Part shown: positions 1 through 10,778 of the stretch, piece by piece | Position numbering within the stretch: position 1 is the stretch's first letter | Layout of the letters: the number at the start of each line of letters is the position of its first letter | IMG/VR virus record: IMGVR_UViG_3300024264_000039 | Span: 1-57,680 of that record | Direction: 5' to 3' (one strand) | DNA: 57,680 bases | Source: a virus | Lineage: Duplodnaviria > Caudoviricetes | Notes under the pieces: generated by a model | What the model saw: only the letters and a program-made list of their open reading frames with translations | Databases searched by the model: none | Told to the model about the DNA's origin: nothing | Made by a program: the position numbers and the translations under genes

Positions 1-126
1 CACCTGATCCATCTTTTCCTCTGTCTTTCCACTCGACATACTCGAGTTTGTAGTAACACGGAATCACTGGGACCCCTTGTTCACCATTGAAGAGTTCACC
101 TGTTACTGAGTTATAAATCATTCCAG
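1..126. repeat. Terminal direct repeat / assembly circularisation overlap (left copy)
   Basis: Bases 1-126 are identical to 57554-57679; base 127 (G) differs from 57680 (A). The repeat lies inside a CDS that reads through the junction. Confidence 0.95.
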
Positions 127-313
127 GTTCTGCACCTTCAACATACTTACCGTCTCTCTTGTTTACTTCAGGAGATAACTGCCCAAGTATTTTAAGGAAA
201 GGTAATGCAAGATCATCTTGTCCTACCGTTCCAGTTTGCACATTTGCGTCTGCTTCAAACACTACGTTTGTAGCCAACGCATTTTGTTTCTTTATTGTTG
301 GTTCTTTGTTCAT
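1..313 (-). CDS. N-terminal part of a putative ssDNA-binding/replication protein that continues across the circular junction to 57084
   Basis: ATG at 313 gives MNKEPTIKKQNALATNVVFEADANVQTGTVGQDDLALPFLKILGQLSPEVNKRDGKYVEGAEPG, which continues in frame into MIYNSVTGELF of ORF 57084..57674. Joined length is 260 aa. Function is inferred from position and an acidic tail. Confidence 0.7.
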   Translation of the reverse strand, partial: MNKEPTIKKQNALATNVVFEADANVQTGTVGQDDLALPFLKILGQLSPEVNKRDGKYVEGAEPGMIYNSVTGELFNGEQGVPVIPCYYKLEYVEWKDRGKDGSG

Positions 314-317
314 GTTT

Positions 318-866
318 CTATTTCCTTGTTATTTTGGTTCTGTTTCCTGCGAACACATTAAATAGATCCGTGGGCATATCATCACCCTTTTCGATACGCT
401 CACGAACCAATGCTTTAAGTGTCATAGGCTCAACCTTTAACTTCTGGGTGGGTTGATATCCATGACCTTGTGCAAGGACAGCATAATCTGCAGCCTTGTT
501 ATCCTCGTTACGACCAAAGGAAACGGTAATCTCATTTTTAATAAGATCCCCTAAGCCATTATTACGAAGCCAGTTAAATGCTTCTTCCTGTTTTGCTTTA
601 GGAATTGAAGCACCATAGACGGGTTTGACTTCTACGCCAGCACCATCTGATAAACTAAATTTTGATATATTCATTTCTGTCATCATCGTAGGTATAACCT
701 CACCAGATAAAACGTCCATATCATTTTTTAGTTTTTTTAATTCTTCTTCTTTTGCAGCGAACTTATCTTCTAAGGTTCTTAATTTAATAACCTGTTCTGA
801 TAGTTCTTTCATGTCATTCGTGTTTGCTAACGAATCGACTTTGTCTTCTTCTAAGTTTATACTCAT
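318..866 (-). CDS. Hypothetical phage protein (coiled-coil N-terminus), replication module
   Basis: 182-aa ORF with AAAGG upstream, co-oriented with the SSB-like gene. Confidence 0.8.
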   Translation of the reverse strand: MSINLEEDKVDSLANTNDMKELSEQVIKLRTLEDKFAAKEEELKKLKNDMDVLSGEVIPTMMTEMNISKFSLSDGAGVEVKPVYGASIPKAKQEEAFNWLRNNGLGDLIKNEITVSFGRNEDNKAADYAVLAQGHGYQPTQKLKVEPMTLKALVRERIEKGDDMPTDLFNVFAGNRTKITRK

Positions 867-902
867 GTCTTTTTACCTTTCGTAGTAGTTAATGATGCTG
901 TT

Positions 903-930
903 AATATAATGTCATAATATCCTATGTCAA
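903..930 (-). promoter_or_regulatory. Sigma70-like promoter with TAGGATAT box in the spacer
   Basis: Minus strand TTGACA-TAGGATATTATGACAT-TATATT (16-nt spacer) upstream of 318..866. Confidence 0.5.
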
Positions 931-932
931 GT

Positions 933-1325
933 TTATTCTTCAATCTTTCCTTGTTCATATAAATTTATTTCTATTGGGTAATAAGTTTTTTCTTGTCTGT
1001 CCCATTTTAGTAAATTAAATTTTCCACCTGTTTTATCTGCCACAATTGAGCAAGCTACCCCTATTATTGCAGGATCACCTGTAAGTAGTAAATAATCAGT
1101 AGGTGTATATTTATCTAATAGTTTTCTTAATTTAAAAATTAAAGGCCCTGGAGATAATATAATTTGTGAATGTTCGGGTAATAAAGTTTTTAATGTACCA
1201 AATTTTTGAGCTCCCATAATATTAAATTTAGGTGTACCTATTTTGGTTCCTGGTAATTCTTGAATAATATATACAACCGGTTGATTGTTGTTTGTTGGTA
1301 TTGTGTTTAATGTTGTTAATCCCAT
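933..1325 (-). CDS. Hypothetical phage protein
   Basis: 130-aa ORF with AGGA RBS; LLLTGDP motif; no family recognised. Confidence 0.75.
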   Translation of the reverse strand: MGLTTLNTIPTNNNQPVVYIIQELPGTKIGTPKFNIMGAQKFGTLKTLLPEHSQIILSPGPLIFKLRKLLDKYTPTDYLLLTGDPAIIGVACSIVADKTGGKFNLLKWDRQEKTYYPIEINLYEQGKIEE

Positions 1326-1334
1326 ATAACTTTC

Positions 1335-1376
1335 CTATTGACATCTATTATAAGGTTATGGTATCACTGTCAATAG
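1335..1376. promoter_or_regulatory. Overlapping divergent sigma70 promoters
   Basis: Inverted CTATTGACA...TGTCAATAG gives a TTGACA on each strand between the divergent genes 933..1325 and the SNF2 helicase. Confidence 0.5.
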
Positions 1377-1390
1377 AAAGAAGAAATATT

Positions 1391-2821
1391 ATGGACTATA
1401 AGTTTAAAACAAAGCCTTATGATCATCAATTATCTGCGTTAAAAAAATCGTGGAACAAAGAAAACTTTGCTTATTTTATGGAAATGGGTACGGGTAAATC
1501 TAAAGTATTAATAGATAATGTATCTATGCTTTATGACAAAGGTAAAATTAATGGACTACTTTTAATAGCACCTAAAGGTGTTTATAAAAACTGGTTCGAC
1601 TCAGAAATACCTACCCATATGGTAGACCACATAGATAAAAAAATGGTGTTGTGGCAAGCCAATATAAATAAAGGTCAACAATTAAAGTTAGATACTTTAT
1701 TTGAAACTGGTGAAGATCTACATATTTTAATTATGAATGTAGATGCTTTCAGTACAGAAAAAGGTGTGGAGTTTGCAGCTAAATTTTTACGTTGTCATAG
1801 AACATTGATGGCTATTGATGAGTCCACAACTATAAAAAATCCTGACGCTAAAAGATCTAGAAATATTTGTTCATTAGGTAGACATGCAAAGTATAGAAGA
1901 ATCTTAACTGGATCTCCTATTACAAAGTCTCCATTAGATTTATATAAACAATGTGAATTTTTAGATGAGGGGTTATTAGATTTTACTTCTTATCTTGCAT
2001 TTAGAACAAGATACGCAATCATGAGTACCATGAGACTACCTACACACAATGCACAGATAGTAGTTGGTTATAAAAATTTAGCTGAACTATCAGAAAAAAT
2101 AACTACGTTTTCAGATCGTGTATTAAAAGAAGATTGTTTAGATCTTCCTGATTACACTTATCAAAAAAGAATTATTCAATTAAGTAAAGAACAACAAAAA
2201 CTTTATGATCAAATGAAACAAGTAGCGCTTGCTCAAATGGATGGTAAATTAATGACTACTTCTACTGCATTAGTGCAGCTAATGAGACTCCAACAAATTA
2301 CTTGTGGTCACTTCAAAGCAGACGATGGTACTTTAAAAATAATTAAGAATGAAAGAATTCCTGCTTTGATGAACATATTAGAAGAAGTAGAAGGTAAAGC
2401 TATTATCTGGGCCCACTGGAGACATGATATAGACTCGATCGTGAAAGCAATTGAGAAAGTATATCCGGGTTCCGTGATGACTTATTATGGATCTACCTCT
2501 ACTGAAGACAGAGCCAAAGCTATTAAAGAAATACAGAACCCAGAATCTAAAGTTAGGTTCTTAGTAGGTACTCCTCAAACGGGTGGTTATGGTATTACAC
2601 TTACTGAAGCTAACGTTATGATTTATTATTCTAATGGTTATGATCTTGAGAAAAGAACACAATCAGAGGCTAGAATAAATCGTATTGGTCAAAAAAGAAA
2701 GATGACTTATATTGATATTATAGCTGAGAAAACTGTAGATGAACGTATTGTAAAAGCATTACGTAAAAAAATAAATATTGCATCTGAAGTTATGGGAGAG
2801 GAGTTAAAAGAATGGATCTAA
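1391..2821 (+). CDS. SNF2-like (SF2) DNA helicase
   Basis: MEMGTGKS Walker A, DES Walker B, LTGSP motif III, QSEARINRIGQ motif VI. Start moved to the ATG at 1391 (MDYKFKTKPY). Confidence 0.92.
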   Translation: MDYKFKTKPYDHQLSALKKSWNKENFAYFMEMGTGKSKVLIDNVSMLYDKGKINGLLLIAPKGVYKNWFDSEIPTHMVDHIDKKMVLWQANINKGQQLKLDTLFETGEDLHILIMNVDAFSTEKGVEFAAKFLRCHRTLMAIDESTTIKNPDAKRSRNICSLGRHAKYRRILTGSPITKSPLDLYKQCEFLDEGLLDFTSYLAFRTRYAIMSTMRLPTHNAQIVVGYKNLAELSEKITTFSDRVLKEDCLDLPDYTYQKRIIQLSKEQQKLYDQMKQVALAQMDGKLMTTSTALVQLMRLQQITCGHFKADDGTLKIIKNERIPALMNILEEVEGKAIIWAHWRHDIDSIVKAIEKVYPGSVMTYYGSTSTEDRAKAIKEIQNPESKVRFLVGTPQTGGYGITLTEANVMIYYSNGYDLEKRTQSEARINRIGQKRKMTYIDIIAEKTVDERIVKALRKKINIASEVMGEELKEWI

Positions 2822-3015
2822 TTATTTTTAATGATGGTGTATATCAATTAATACCTGTCACAAAAGAAATATTAAATGGAATAGTATTAACTAGTGAGGT
2901 TAGCTGCATAGATCTTTGTAATATATTAAGAGAAAAATTATCTGGTTACACAAATACTTTAAATTTACATATTATGAAGGATGGTAGTGGAAATTTTATT
3001 GGTTGTGTTTGTTAG
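2812..3015 (+). CDS. Hypothetical protein
   Basis: 67-aa ORF overlapping the helicase stop, GAGGAG RBS. Confidence 0.6.
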   Translation: MDLIIFNDGVYQLIPVTKEILNGIVLTSEVSCIDLCNILREKLSGYTNTLNLHIMKDGSGNFIGCVC

Positions 3016-3188
3016 TTCGACATATCCATAAGTAAAGTTATAAGCACTGCACCCATACCACCAACAATCCAATACTCTAATCTTTTAATTCTTTCCTGCA
3101 TTTCTTTTATCTGTTCAAACGTTTGCTTCTGCATAATTCTGCAAAGCTTTTCATGAGACTCTATTTTTTGTAAAGCTGATTTTCTCAT
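3012..3188 (-). CDS. Small coiled-coil plus C-terminal TM protein (XhlA/holin-like), not in the ORF track
   Basis: MRKSALQKIESHEKLCRIMQKQTFEQIKEMQERIKRLEYWIVGGMGAVLITLLMDMSN (58 aa); TAATG coupling with the upstream gene. Confidence 0.65.
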   Translation of the reverse strand: MRKSALQKIESHEKLCRIMQKQTFEQIKEMQERIKRLEYWIVGGMGAVLITLLMDMSN

Positions 3189-3883
3189 TAAAAACTACCC
3201 ATTGCATCTGAACCACCTGGTCCCGCTGATCCTGGAGAAGCTTCACCACCTCCAGCAGAACCTATTCCACCATTTCCTCCAAAATAATCTGATGTCCCTA
3301 TGTTTTCAGGTTGTGGACCAAAAGGATTTTCTTTATCCCGTATTGAATCCCTAACTTGATCAAAGGTTAATCCATACGTATCTTGATAAAAATTATTTGC
3401 AGTATCTTGATCTAAACCACGCAATCCTTCTAATGCTGCAGATCTAAAAGAACTAGATCCTGGTTGCATGTAGTTGTCCATAAGACTTACGGTATTGTAT
3501 CCAAATTTATCTTGTTTTCCAGACAGTCCATAACCACCATACATATTTATAAGATTGTCGTCGTAAGGTTTAGAACCAAGATTGTTTGTTAAAAAACCTA
3601 AACCCGGTATACCTGTGGCTAAACTCATTATACCTCCCATAACCGGAGCACCATATTTATTAAAAAAAGATCCAATAGGTTGAGTAAGTCTTTGAAGACC
3701 AGCATAAAAAGGATCTACATTATCACTATAAGGTGTTATGCTTCCTGCATAAGTATCTGATCCAAGGTCCGTGTTGGGAGATACCGTATTAATAGAAGAA
3801 TCATATACTTGTTCTCCTACAGTTCTACCTGGAGCTATTTGTTGTACACCTGACGCTTCTAAAAGTTCTCTTAATGTTATCAT
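3188..3883 (-). CDS. Putative internal virion protein
   Basis: 231 aa, Gly-rich C-terminus, at the end of the ejection-protein operon. Confidence 0.6.
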   Translation of the reverse strand: MITLRELLEASGVQQIAPGRTVGEQVYDSSINTVSPNTDLGSDTYAGSITPYSDNVDPFYAGLQRLTQPIGSFFNKYGAPVMGGIMSLATGIPGLGFLTNNLGSKPYDDNLINMYGGYGLSGKQDKFGYNTVSLMDNYMQPGSSSFRSAALEGLRGLDQDTANNFYQDTYGLTFDQVRDSIRDKENPFGPQPENIGTSDYFGGNGGIGSAGGGEASPGSAGPGGSDAMGSF

Positions 3884-3886
3884 GAT

Positions 3887-6800
3887 TTATCCTAAAGGAA
3901 ACAGTTTATCAAACTTTGCTGCATTTGGTAGCAAATTAAACTGTGTTCCTGCGTTTGTATTGTTTGCAAATAAAGAAGCATTTACTCCTGTTCCAATTTG
4001 AATTGGTGCGGGTAACTCTACATTAGGTAGTTGTGCTATACCGGATACTGGTACTGTTCCTTCAGTAGATACATCAGGTGGGTTCAAAGTAAAATTAATA
4101 AACTCTTCAAAAGATCCCACACCTTCGCCTAGTTCTATCGATTCTAAATCAAATCTTAAATCTTCAAATATATCTAAAGCTTCATCAAATTGTTCTTCAA
4201 CTTCTACTGCTTTTAAAGGATTTTCATCATATAATTTTTCAATTAATCCTGTTAGTCTAGCATCACTTATATTTGGAGCTCTATATTCTCCTTCCATTAA
4301 GGCAGCTAATCGTTTTTTATTTTTTAATCTTGTACCAATTTTATCTTCAATGTCACTTATGTCCGCTCCCATTTCTTCCATGTCTTTAATTACTCTAAAC
4401 ATTCTACTTTGAGCATCATAGTTATCTTTTAAATATTCTGCCATGTAACCTATTCTTCCATTAAGATCTAGGTTAGGACTATAAATATTAGATGAAAATT
4501 TGTTTTGTATGTTGCTTAAATCTTTTGCATATGAAGTTACAATAAAAGGTAAACTGTCCATAGGTTTTGCTTCTTCAACACGAAGTCCTGACATCAACGC
4601 AACTATTTCTGTTGCACTGTCATAAGTAGTTCCATAATCTGTAAAAGTTTCTGTTACTCCCTTCCAAACTCTTCTAGCACTTCTAGAAGCACCTGGCTCT
4701 AGTTGAGCCAATAAATGACCCAATGATGCATCAATAACTTCCATAGCATTATCTTGTTCGTAATAAATAGTTCGACCTTCTTTTGTTTTACCATTTCTAA
4801 TTGTTAAATCTGCTATCGCTCCTGCACCAATTGATTCACTTATAAAAGGATCAAAAAATTCAGTAAAAGCTCCTGGCGTTTCTGTCAATGAATCGTAAAT
4901 TAAAGCATTGTAAACAATCTGACTTACATTTTGATTAGTCAAACTTCCATTTCCAAATGCATTAAGCACTGCATTAATAGGTCTAATCATAGAATCGTAT
5001 GGGTTAGTGTATGAAAAGTTAAAGTATTTAAAATTACCTTTGTCATCAGATTCAGTTAATGGAATTAGTGTTGAGTTTTTTTGATAGCTTGGTGCAACCG
5101 ATCTTTGAAAAGCTTCCATCTTATCTGAAGTAACTCCTGTTATTTTTTCTGCAACTTCTGAAATAATTGCACCTGTTCCACCAAATACTGAAGCAGCTCC
5201 TACTAATCGTCTTGCTCCCATCTGTCTTATAAATGGATTGGTGCTAGTTAATTCTCTTGCACCTATTTCAATTAAGTGTGCACTTGTTCTTAAAATTTCT
5301 GCAGGGAAAGCTACGAAGTTACCCAAAGGTAAGTTTCTAATATTTTTAATTATAGCAGGAACTTTACTGTAAGTGGGAATAGTATTTGTTACTAAATAAG
5401 CAGATATATCTTTTATATCTTTAAACTGTTGTACTAAATTTTCTTTTTGATTTAATAAAGATTGTCTGGTTGCAGGCGTAGCTGTTTTTAAAGCTTCATC
5501 TATTTGAGCAATCTTAGCATTAGATCCTACTAACTCATCCGCTACATCAGTTTGTTTACCAACAGTTCTATACCAATCAATAATATTATCTCTAATAGCT
5601 GCGTCTCCTTTTAATCCTCTAGGGCTCCATTGAAATGCTGTTTTTAATGCATCCTGATAAAAATCATCTGCATAAACTTTCCAAACGTTGTCACCTCCTT
5701 GATACAAATCAAAAGCTTTTTTAACTATTGGAGCTTCCATTAAAGCGGACAAAGTAAACTTACCATCCTTAGCTTTTTGTAAAATAGTTTTAATTTCATT
5801 GACCTCAATGTTTTGGTCTACAACACCTCTAGCTATTCTATCTTCCATTTTCTTAGCGACATCTGCAGCAGAAATATATTTGCCAGGAAAAATATCATCA
5901 GCCATTAATTTAAATGAATCAGTAAGACTTACTCTGCCGCCAATTAATCCACTAGCTAATGCAAAGAATGAAGCTGTTGATACGTTTCTAACTTGAGTCA
6001 TTGGTGAAAATACTGTTTTACCAATTTGGCCTGCAGCTTTAACTGACATTAACGCACTGTATAATGGAATGTCATACATCTTAGTTAAGTATTCTTCTGT
6101 ACCTTTAACAGCATTTGCTATTTCTGGAGTCGTGTATAAACCTCCAGACGTTCCAGCAGGAGTAGTTCCTCCGTCAAACAAAGGACTTTTTAAAAGTTTA
6201 GATTCAACCATGGCTAAATCTTTGTTAAACTCAGAAGTAATTTGTCGTAAATTGTTAGTAGGTATACCTGCTAAACGTGCTTCTTCTAAAGATCTAAAAG
6301 CATAACCATTTTTTAAAGCGCTGTCTGCAAACTTATCAAAAAATTCTTTTTGTTGTACGTTTTTAGCTGTTTGTAAAAATGTATCTGTTACGGCAGCTCT
6401 GTAATCTTTTAAAGGTTCTAAAAAAGCTTTACCTACAACTTCAGCATCTTCTGCATCTAAAACTTTTTTCATTACCGTTTGAAGATCTCCACCTGCTTGA
6501 ATAAGTTTTCCTTCTGAAGTTAGTACACTAACTTCTTTGCCTTTTTTAACTGTTTCTTTAGCAGTGTCTAATAAACTACTTTTATCTTTTATTTTAAAAG
6601 TACCTGCAATTAATCTAAATAAAGATTCTGGATTTCTATTACTTTTAATTAAAGAATTTTTTAAATCCGACATAGTAGAATCTGCTAATAAATCAATAGC
6701 TTCTTTTTGAGTAATATTTTTTTCTTTAATTATTTTTTGAATTAGTTCTGGTTGTTCATTTAAAATTTTAGGAACTGTATTTTTTTTAAAAAACTCTTTA

Positions 6801-8278
6801 GCTCCAGCTACTTTTGCAGGATCAAATTCATAAGCTTTATTTTTCATTACACTAAACACTTGTTTTAAATAAGCGCCACCATTTTCTATAATGGTTGCAC
6901 CAAAACTTTGTATAGCTTCATCTGGATTATTAAATAAAAGTTTACCGTATTTTAAACTAAGATCATTAATTCTAGTTTTTAATTCTTTAGCATTTTTCTG
7001 TGTATTTTTAGGTAGTTGATCAAAAAATTTAAGAGCTTCTGCAGAGTCCTTTAATGTATCTTTGATTCTAGGTGCTTGTATATAATCATATAATAAATCA
7101 TTATTTCTTAAATACATTTGGTCATCAATAGCAGTAATAGGTTGAGGATATTTTAAAGATTTAGTTTTTAAATATTTAGGTAATTCTAATATGTCAGCTC
7201 CTTTAGCTATTTCTTTAAATTGATTATCAATCTGATTCATTATTTTAACCAAACCTTTTTCACTAGCTTGAACAGTATTTTCCCATGCTCTTAAATCTTC
7301 AGCTTGACTGGCAGATATTGGACCATCTGATTTTAATGCATTCTTTGCATTATCTATTTTTTTTAAAAGTTTTTCTTTAAGAGTTGCATTGGCCTCTGTG
7401 CCATAAAATTTCCAAAGTTTAGGATCAGGTAATCCAGAAGCTTTTCTTAACTTAGTAGTAGTGTTATTTAAAAATTCTCCTATACCTCGAGCACCTTTAC
7501 CTACAGCTTCTGTGGCTCCAAGTTTACCAATCGGTTGAAAGACAGCAAAGTTTAAAGGTCTGATGACTACATTCTTTGCAACGGCTGCACCACCTTTTAA
7601 ACCCATTAGTCCATACTTAGCACCTAGTGTTCCAGCAACAGGTAAGGCTGCAGTTAAACCACCACCTAGTACAGTTCCTTCCGCACCAAATTTTAATTTT
7701 TCTTTAAAGTATTCTGCAGCTTTAGCAGAACCTTTTAATTCATCTCCTTTGTAAGCTTCTCCAAAACCTAAAGTTGAACTAAGACTGTTAAGATCTCCAG
7801 GAGTAGATACTGCAAAATCAGTTACTCCACCTAAAGCTCCCCAGTAACCTGCTCTTTTTGCTAGTTCACCACCAGCTCCTAAGTAATCATAAGTATCATC
7901 CGCTCTTCTAAAATTATTTAATTTTACAATTTGACTTGCTTTATTTAATTTTAAAACACCATTAGCAATCTTCGATGCAACACCTAATGGTACACCAAAC
8001 TGTGTTACTACCGAAGTTACATCACCAACAATTGTATCTGTCTCTGGTGTAATGTTATCAAAAAGATTATCGATTGCTGTTATTAAATTTGTATTGGCTA
8101 CAAGATCTATAGGAAGAGCCCCTAGTGAAATTAAACCCTGCACTGCTTGACTAAGACCTTTTGCAATTCCGACTGGAATGTCAGTAAAATAATCTAAAGC
8201 ACCAACTGTTTCAGGTTCAACAGGAGCTTCACTTGATCCAAATAGTGAGTCTGAAAATAAACCTTTGTCCTCGGCCAT
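3887..8278 (-). CDS. Large internal virion / ejection protein
   Basis: 1463 aa, with Gly/Ala-rich hydrophobic N-terminal segments; size and position typical of podovirus ejection proteins. Confidence 0.7.
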   Translation of the reverse strand: MAEDKGLFSDSLFGSSEAPVEPETVGALDYFTDIPVGIAKGLSQAVQGLISLGALPIDLVANTNLITAIDNLFDNITPETDTIVGDVTSVVTQFGVPLGVASKIANGVLKLNKASQIVKLNNFRRADDTYDYLGAGGELAKRAGYWGALGGVTDFAVSTPGDLNSLSSTLGFGEAYKGDELKGSAKAAEYFKEKLKFGAEGTVLGGGLTAALPVAGTLGAKYGLMGLKGGAAVAKNVVIRPLNFAVFQPIGKLGATEAVGKGARGIGEFLNNTTTKLRKASGLPDPKLWKFYGTEANATLKEKLLKKIDNAKNALKSDGPISASQAEDLRAWENTVQASEKGLVKIMNQIDNQFKEIAKGADILELPKYLKTKSLKYPQPITAIDDQMYLRNNDLLYDYIQAPRIKDTLKDSAEALKFFDQLPKNTQKNAKELKTRINDLSLKYGKLLFNNPDEAIQSFGATIIENGGAYLKQVFSVMKNKAYEFDPAKVAGAKEFFKKNTVPKILNEQPELIQKIIKEKNITQKEAIDLLADSTMSDLKNSLIKSNRNPESLFRLIAGTFKIKDKSSLLDTAKETVKKGKEVSVLTSEGKLIQAGGDLQTVMKKVLDAEDAEVVGKAFLEPLKDYRAAVTDTFLQTAKNVQQKEFFDKFADSALKNGYAFRSLEEARLAGIPTNNLRQITSEFNKDLAMVESKLLKSPLFDGGTTPAGTSGGLYTTPEIANAVKGTEEYLTKMYDIPLYSALMSVKAAGQIGKTVFSPMTQVRNVSTASFFALASGLIGGRVSLTDSFKLMADDIFPGKYISAADVAKKMEDRIARGVVDQNIEVNEIKTILQKAKDGKFTLSALMEAPIVKKAFDLYQGGDNVWKVYADDFYQDALKTAFQWSPRGLKGDAAIRDNIIDWYRTVGKQTDVADELVGSNAKIAQIDEALKTATPATRQSLLNQKENLVQQFKDIKDISAYLVTNTIPTYSKVPAIIKNIRNLPLGNFVAFPAEILRTSAHLIEIGARELTSTNPFIRQMGARRLVGAASVFGGTGAIISEVAEKITGVTSDKMEAFQRSVAPSYQKNSTLIPLTESDDKGNFKYFNFSYTNPYDSMIRPINAVLNAFGNGSLTNQNVSQIVYNALIYDSLTETPGAFTEFFDPFISESIGAGAIADLTIRNGKTKEGRTIYYEQDNAMEVIDASLGHLLAQLEPGASRSARRVWKGVTETFTDYGTTYDSATEIVALMSGLRVEEAKPMDSLPFIVTSYAKDLSNIQNKFSSNIYSPNLDLNGRIGYMAEYLKDNYDAQSRMFRVIKDMEEMGADISDIEDKIGTRLKNKKRLAALMEGEYRAPNISDARLTGLIEKLYDENPLKAVEVEEQFDEALDIFEDLRFDLESIELGEGVGSFEEFINFTLNPPDVSTEGTVPVSGIAQLPNVELPAPIQIGTGVNASLFANNTNAGTQFNLLPNAAKFDKLFPLG

Positions 8279-8286
8279 TGTTTCTC

Positions 8287-9891
8287 CTATGCTGTGCTTT
8301 GTGGTAATACTAAAGTAACTCCATACTTCATATTAAATTTATCTACATCACCTTGTGTTCTGATGTAAGAAAAATCTTGTAAAGCTTCGTTACTTCCTGC
8401 AATCAATCTAACCACATCGTCTGTTATTTCTTTAGGTAATCTATTTCTAATTTCTTCAAAAGATAGTTGAGCTGTTTGTGCAGTGGGTACTTGACCTTGA
8501 CCTACTTCTGCTTCTTCTGGTTTAGTACCAAACTTTAATCCTATTCTACCTCCATCTTTTTTACTTAAAACTCCTACATTTGCAGCATCTATTCTTCTTA
8601 TCGAAGCCATTAATTCTGGATAATTGCTAAAAAATTCAATTCGTGCCTTATAACTTTCTAAAGCTTCTGCATATTCAGCAGAATTTTTATCCATCTTAGC
8701 AAGTTTTTTAGCACCTTTTTCAAATTGTTTTAAATTTGCAATTGCTTTATCGGGATCTAATATTTTAGTTGTATCTGATTTACCTCCGATATATTTAATC
8801 AATTCTTTTTCCATAGATAATTCAGCTTCAGCTGCTGCTTTTTGTTCTTTAGTAAATGAACCTGTAGTATCCTTTATAATTTTACTTAACTTTTTCATTC
8901 GATTAAATTGTTTTTCACTAAAACCTTCTTTACCTGCCATGATTTTAGCTTTCTCTATTTCTTTAGTTGCAGTGTACGCTAACTTAGCAATGTCTTTTCT
9001 ATCTTTTTTCTTACCTTGCATGATGCCTAGTAGCGATTTGTTTAGGACTGCAGCTTTGTCTGCAATAGTTCCTGGTGTTCCGATCGCTTCAGATAGGGCA
9101 ATAGCTGCCATACCTTTTTGATCATCATCACCTATTAATTTTTCTATTCTAGATTTTTCTATTTCAAAGGTATCTTCAAAAGTTGGTTCTGTAGGTTGAT
9201 CGTCATCTGTTGTCTTTTCTGCAACGACTGTATCAACAATCTCTTCCATGTTAACTTCTTTAGGTCCTGCATTAGGTAAGAAGCCAGCATCAGTACCATA
9301 TAACTCTTCCTCAATTTCTCTGTCCTCTGTTCTTCCTAAAAACTTTGGATATTTTCCTGTTTCAGTATCCATAAAAATAGCATCAGTAAAACTAATCTCA
9401 TCTCCTACTTTACGAGCATCTAATCTATCCTTCATAACTTTATTATAATCTTCTGCTACACCGAATGTCTCATCCAGCATACCATAATCCTGCATTACCT
9501 TTTTCTCCGCTAAAGTTTTAGGTCTGTTCATGTAAGCCAAACCTGCAGGTAAAACAAAAGGAGCCGCCATTATTCCAGTAGTGCTAGCTGATGGAACAGC
9601 CAAATTACGAAGTTGAGTTAATAAACGTGCGCCTCTAGTTCCTTTAGTAAGACCCTTTCCAGTATTTACGTTTACTGGTTTCTTAGATAAATTAGAACCA
9701 CCTGTCAGTTCTTCTGCCATGTTTCCACTTATAATATCAAGCACAGAAAAACCTGATCTAGTTCCTAAATTAGAACCTGATATTATTCCGCCACCGATGT
9801 TTCCACCACCAGCATACATTTTTCTATTAGAACTTAATTGACCAATACCAGTTGATCCGCCTCTTCTAAATGATGGTCTTTTAAAATACAT
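8287..9891 (-). CDS. Putative internal virion protein
   Basis: 534 aa; carries the KKDGGRIGLKFG module shared with 10778..13126. Confidence 0.65.
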   Translation of the reverse strand: MYFKRPSFRRGGSTGIGQLSSNRKMYAGGGNIGGGIISGSNLGTRSGFSVLDIISGNMAEELTGGSNLSKKPVNVNTGKGLTKGTRGARLLTQLRNLAVPSASTTGIMAAPFVLPAGLAYMNRPKTLAEKKVMQDYGMLDETFGVAEDYNKVMKDRLDARKVGDEISFTDAIFMDTETGKYPKFLGRTEDREIEEELYGTDAGFLPNAGPKEVNMEEIVDTVVAEKTTDDDQPTEPTFEDTFEIEKSRIEKLIGDDDQKGMAAIALSEAIGTPGTIADKAAVLNKSLLGIMQGKKKDRKDIAKLAYTATKEIEKAKIMAGKEGFSEKQFNRMKKLSKIIKDTTGSFTKEQKAAAEAELSMEKELIKYIGGKSDTTKILDPDKAIANLKQFEKGAKKLAKMDKNSAEYAEALESYKARIEFFSNYPELMASIRRIDAANVGVLSKKDGGRIGLKFGTKPEEAEVGQGQVPTAQTAQLSFEEIRNRLPKEITDDVVRLIAGSNEALQDFSYIRTQGDVDKFNMKYGVTLVLPQSTA

Positions 9892-10778
9892 TATTTTCCT
9901 CCAAAAATACTTCCCAAACCATAAGCACTTAATCCAGCAGATAAAGCTTGTGATAAAGGTCCAACTGTTCCACCACCCATGCCTATTTGTTGTGTTGTTG
10001 TAGGTGAACCACTTGCTTGTGATGCAATTCCTGATCCAAAAGCTTGGATTCTACTTAATGGTTCATTGTATGCTAATTGATTTTGTTGTTGTAAAGCATC
10101 TAGTTGCGCTTGTTGATAAGCCAAGTTCCCTGTACCAGCTGCACCTAATTGTTGTACACCTGAAGCCGCTAAAGATGGTTGTAATGATGCTAAGTTTCTT
10201 TGTTGTTCAAAACCTTGTTGTGCTAATTGATTCGCTTGAGTGAAACCTTGACCTAATAATTGAGCTTGTAGTAATGCTCTTTTTTGTGCAGCGTCCGTTG
10301 CATATTGAGCTTGAGCCACACCTTCTCTACCACCACCGAAAGCTCCAGCGTTAATAGCATTGGCTGCAAGTTGTGGTACACCTCTAGCTGTTTGAGTATC
10401 AAACTCTGCAAGAGTCGTATCAATTACTTGTTGTTGATAAGGTGACATGAAAGATTGGAAAGCTTGTGGACCTGAATATGCTGCTGCCTGATCCAAGAAA
10501 GGTTGGTAACCTGCAACTCCTGTTCCAGCGGCTGCACCTGTTACAGCTCCATCTGCACCAAAAGTTAATTGACCAAGTCCTGCTTGAGTTGCTGCTTGTT
10601 GTTGAGCAGCTTGTGTTAAAACGTTTTGTCCTGCAATTTGTGGTCCAAGTTCCGATAACGTTGGTACACCAGTAGAGCCAGGAGCTCTACCAACTTGTTG
10701 TGTTAATAAATCTATGTATTGTTGTTGAGCTGCTTCTATTGCAGGAGATCTTCTTACCGTTTGTGTATAATCTGCCAT
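9891..10778 (-). CDS. Gln/Ala/Gly-rich DNA pilot/ejection protein
   Basis: 295 aa, Q/A/G-rich, GAFGGGR motif, hydrophobic Gly-rich C-terminus. Confidence 0.65.
   Translation of the reverse strand: MADYTQTVRRSPAIEAAQQQYIDLLTQQVGRAPGSTGVPTLSELGPQIAGQNVLTQAAQQQAATQAGLGQLTFGADGAVTGAAAGTGVAGYQPFLDQAAAYSGPQAFQSFMSPYQQQVIDTTLAEFDTQTARGVPQLAANAINAGAFGGGREGVAQAQYATDAAQKRALLQAQLLGQGFTQANQLAQQGFEQQRNLASLQPSLAASGVQQLGAAGTGNLAYQQAQLDALQQQNQLAYNEPLSRIQAFGSGIASQASGSPTTTQQIGMGGGTVGPLSQALSAGLSAYGLGSIFGGK

Noticed and set aside
1-126. Terminal repeat as a biological direct terminal repeat
   Set aside because: It falls inside a CDS and its length matches a typical assembler k-mer overlap.
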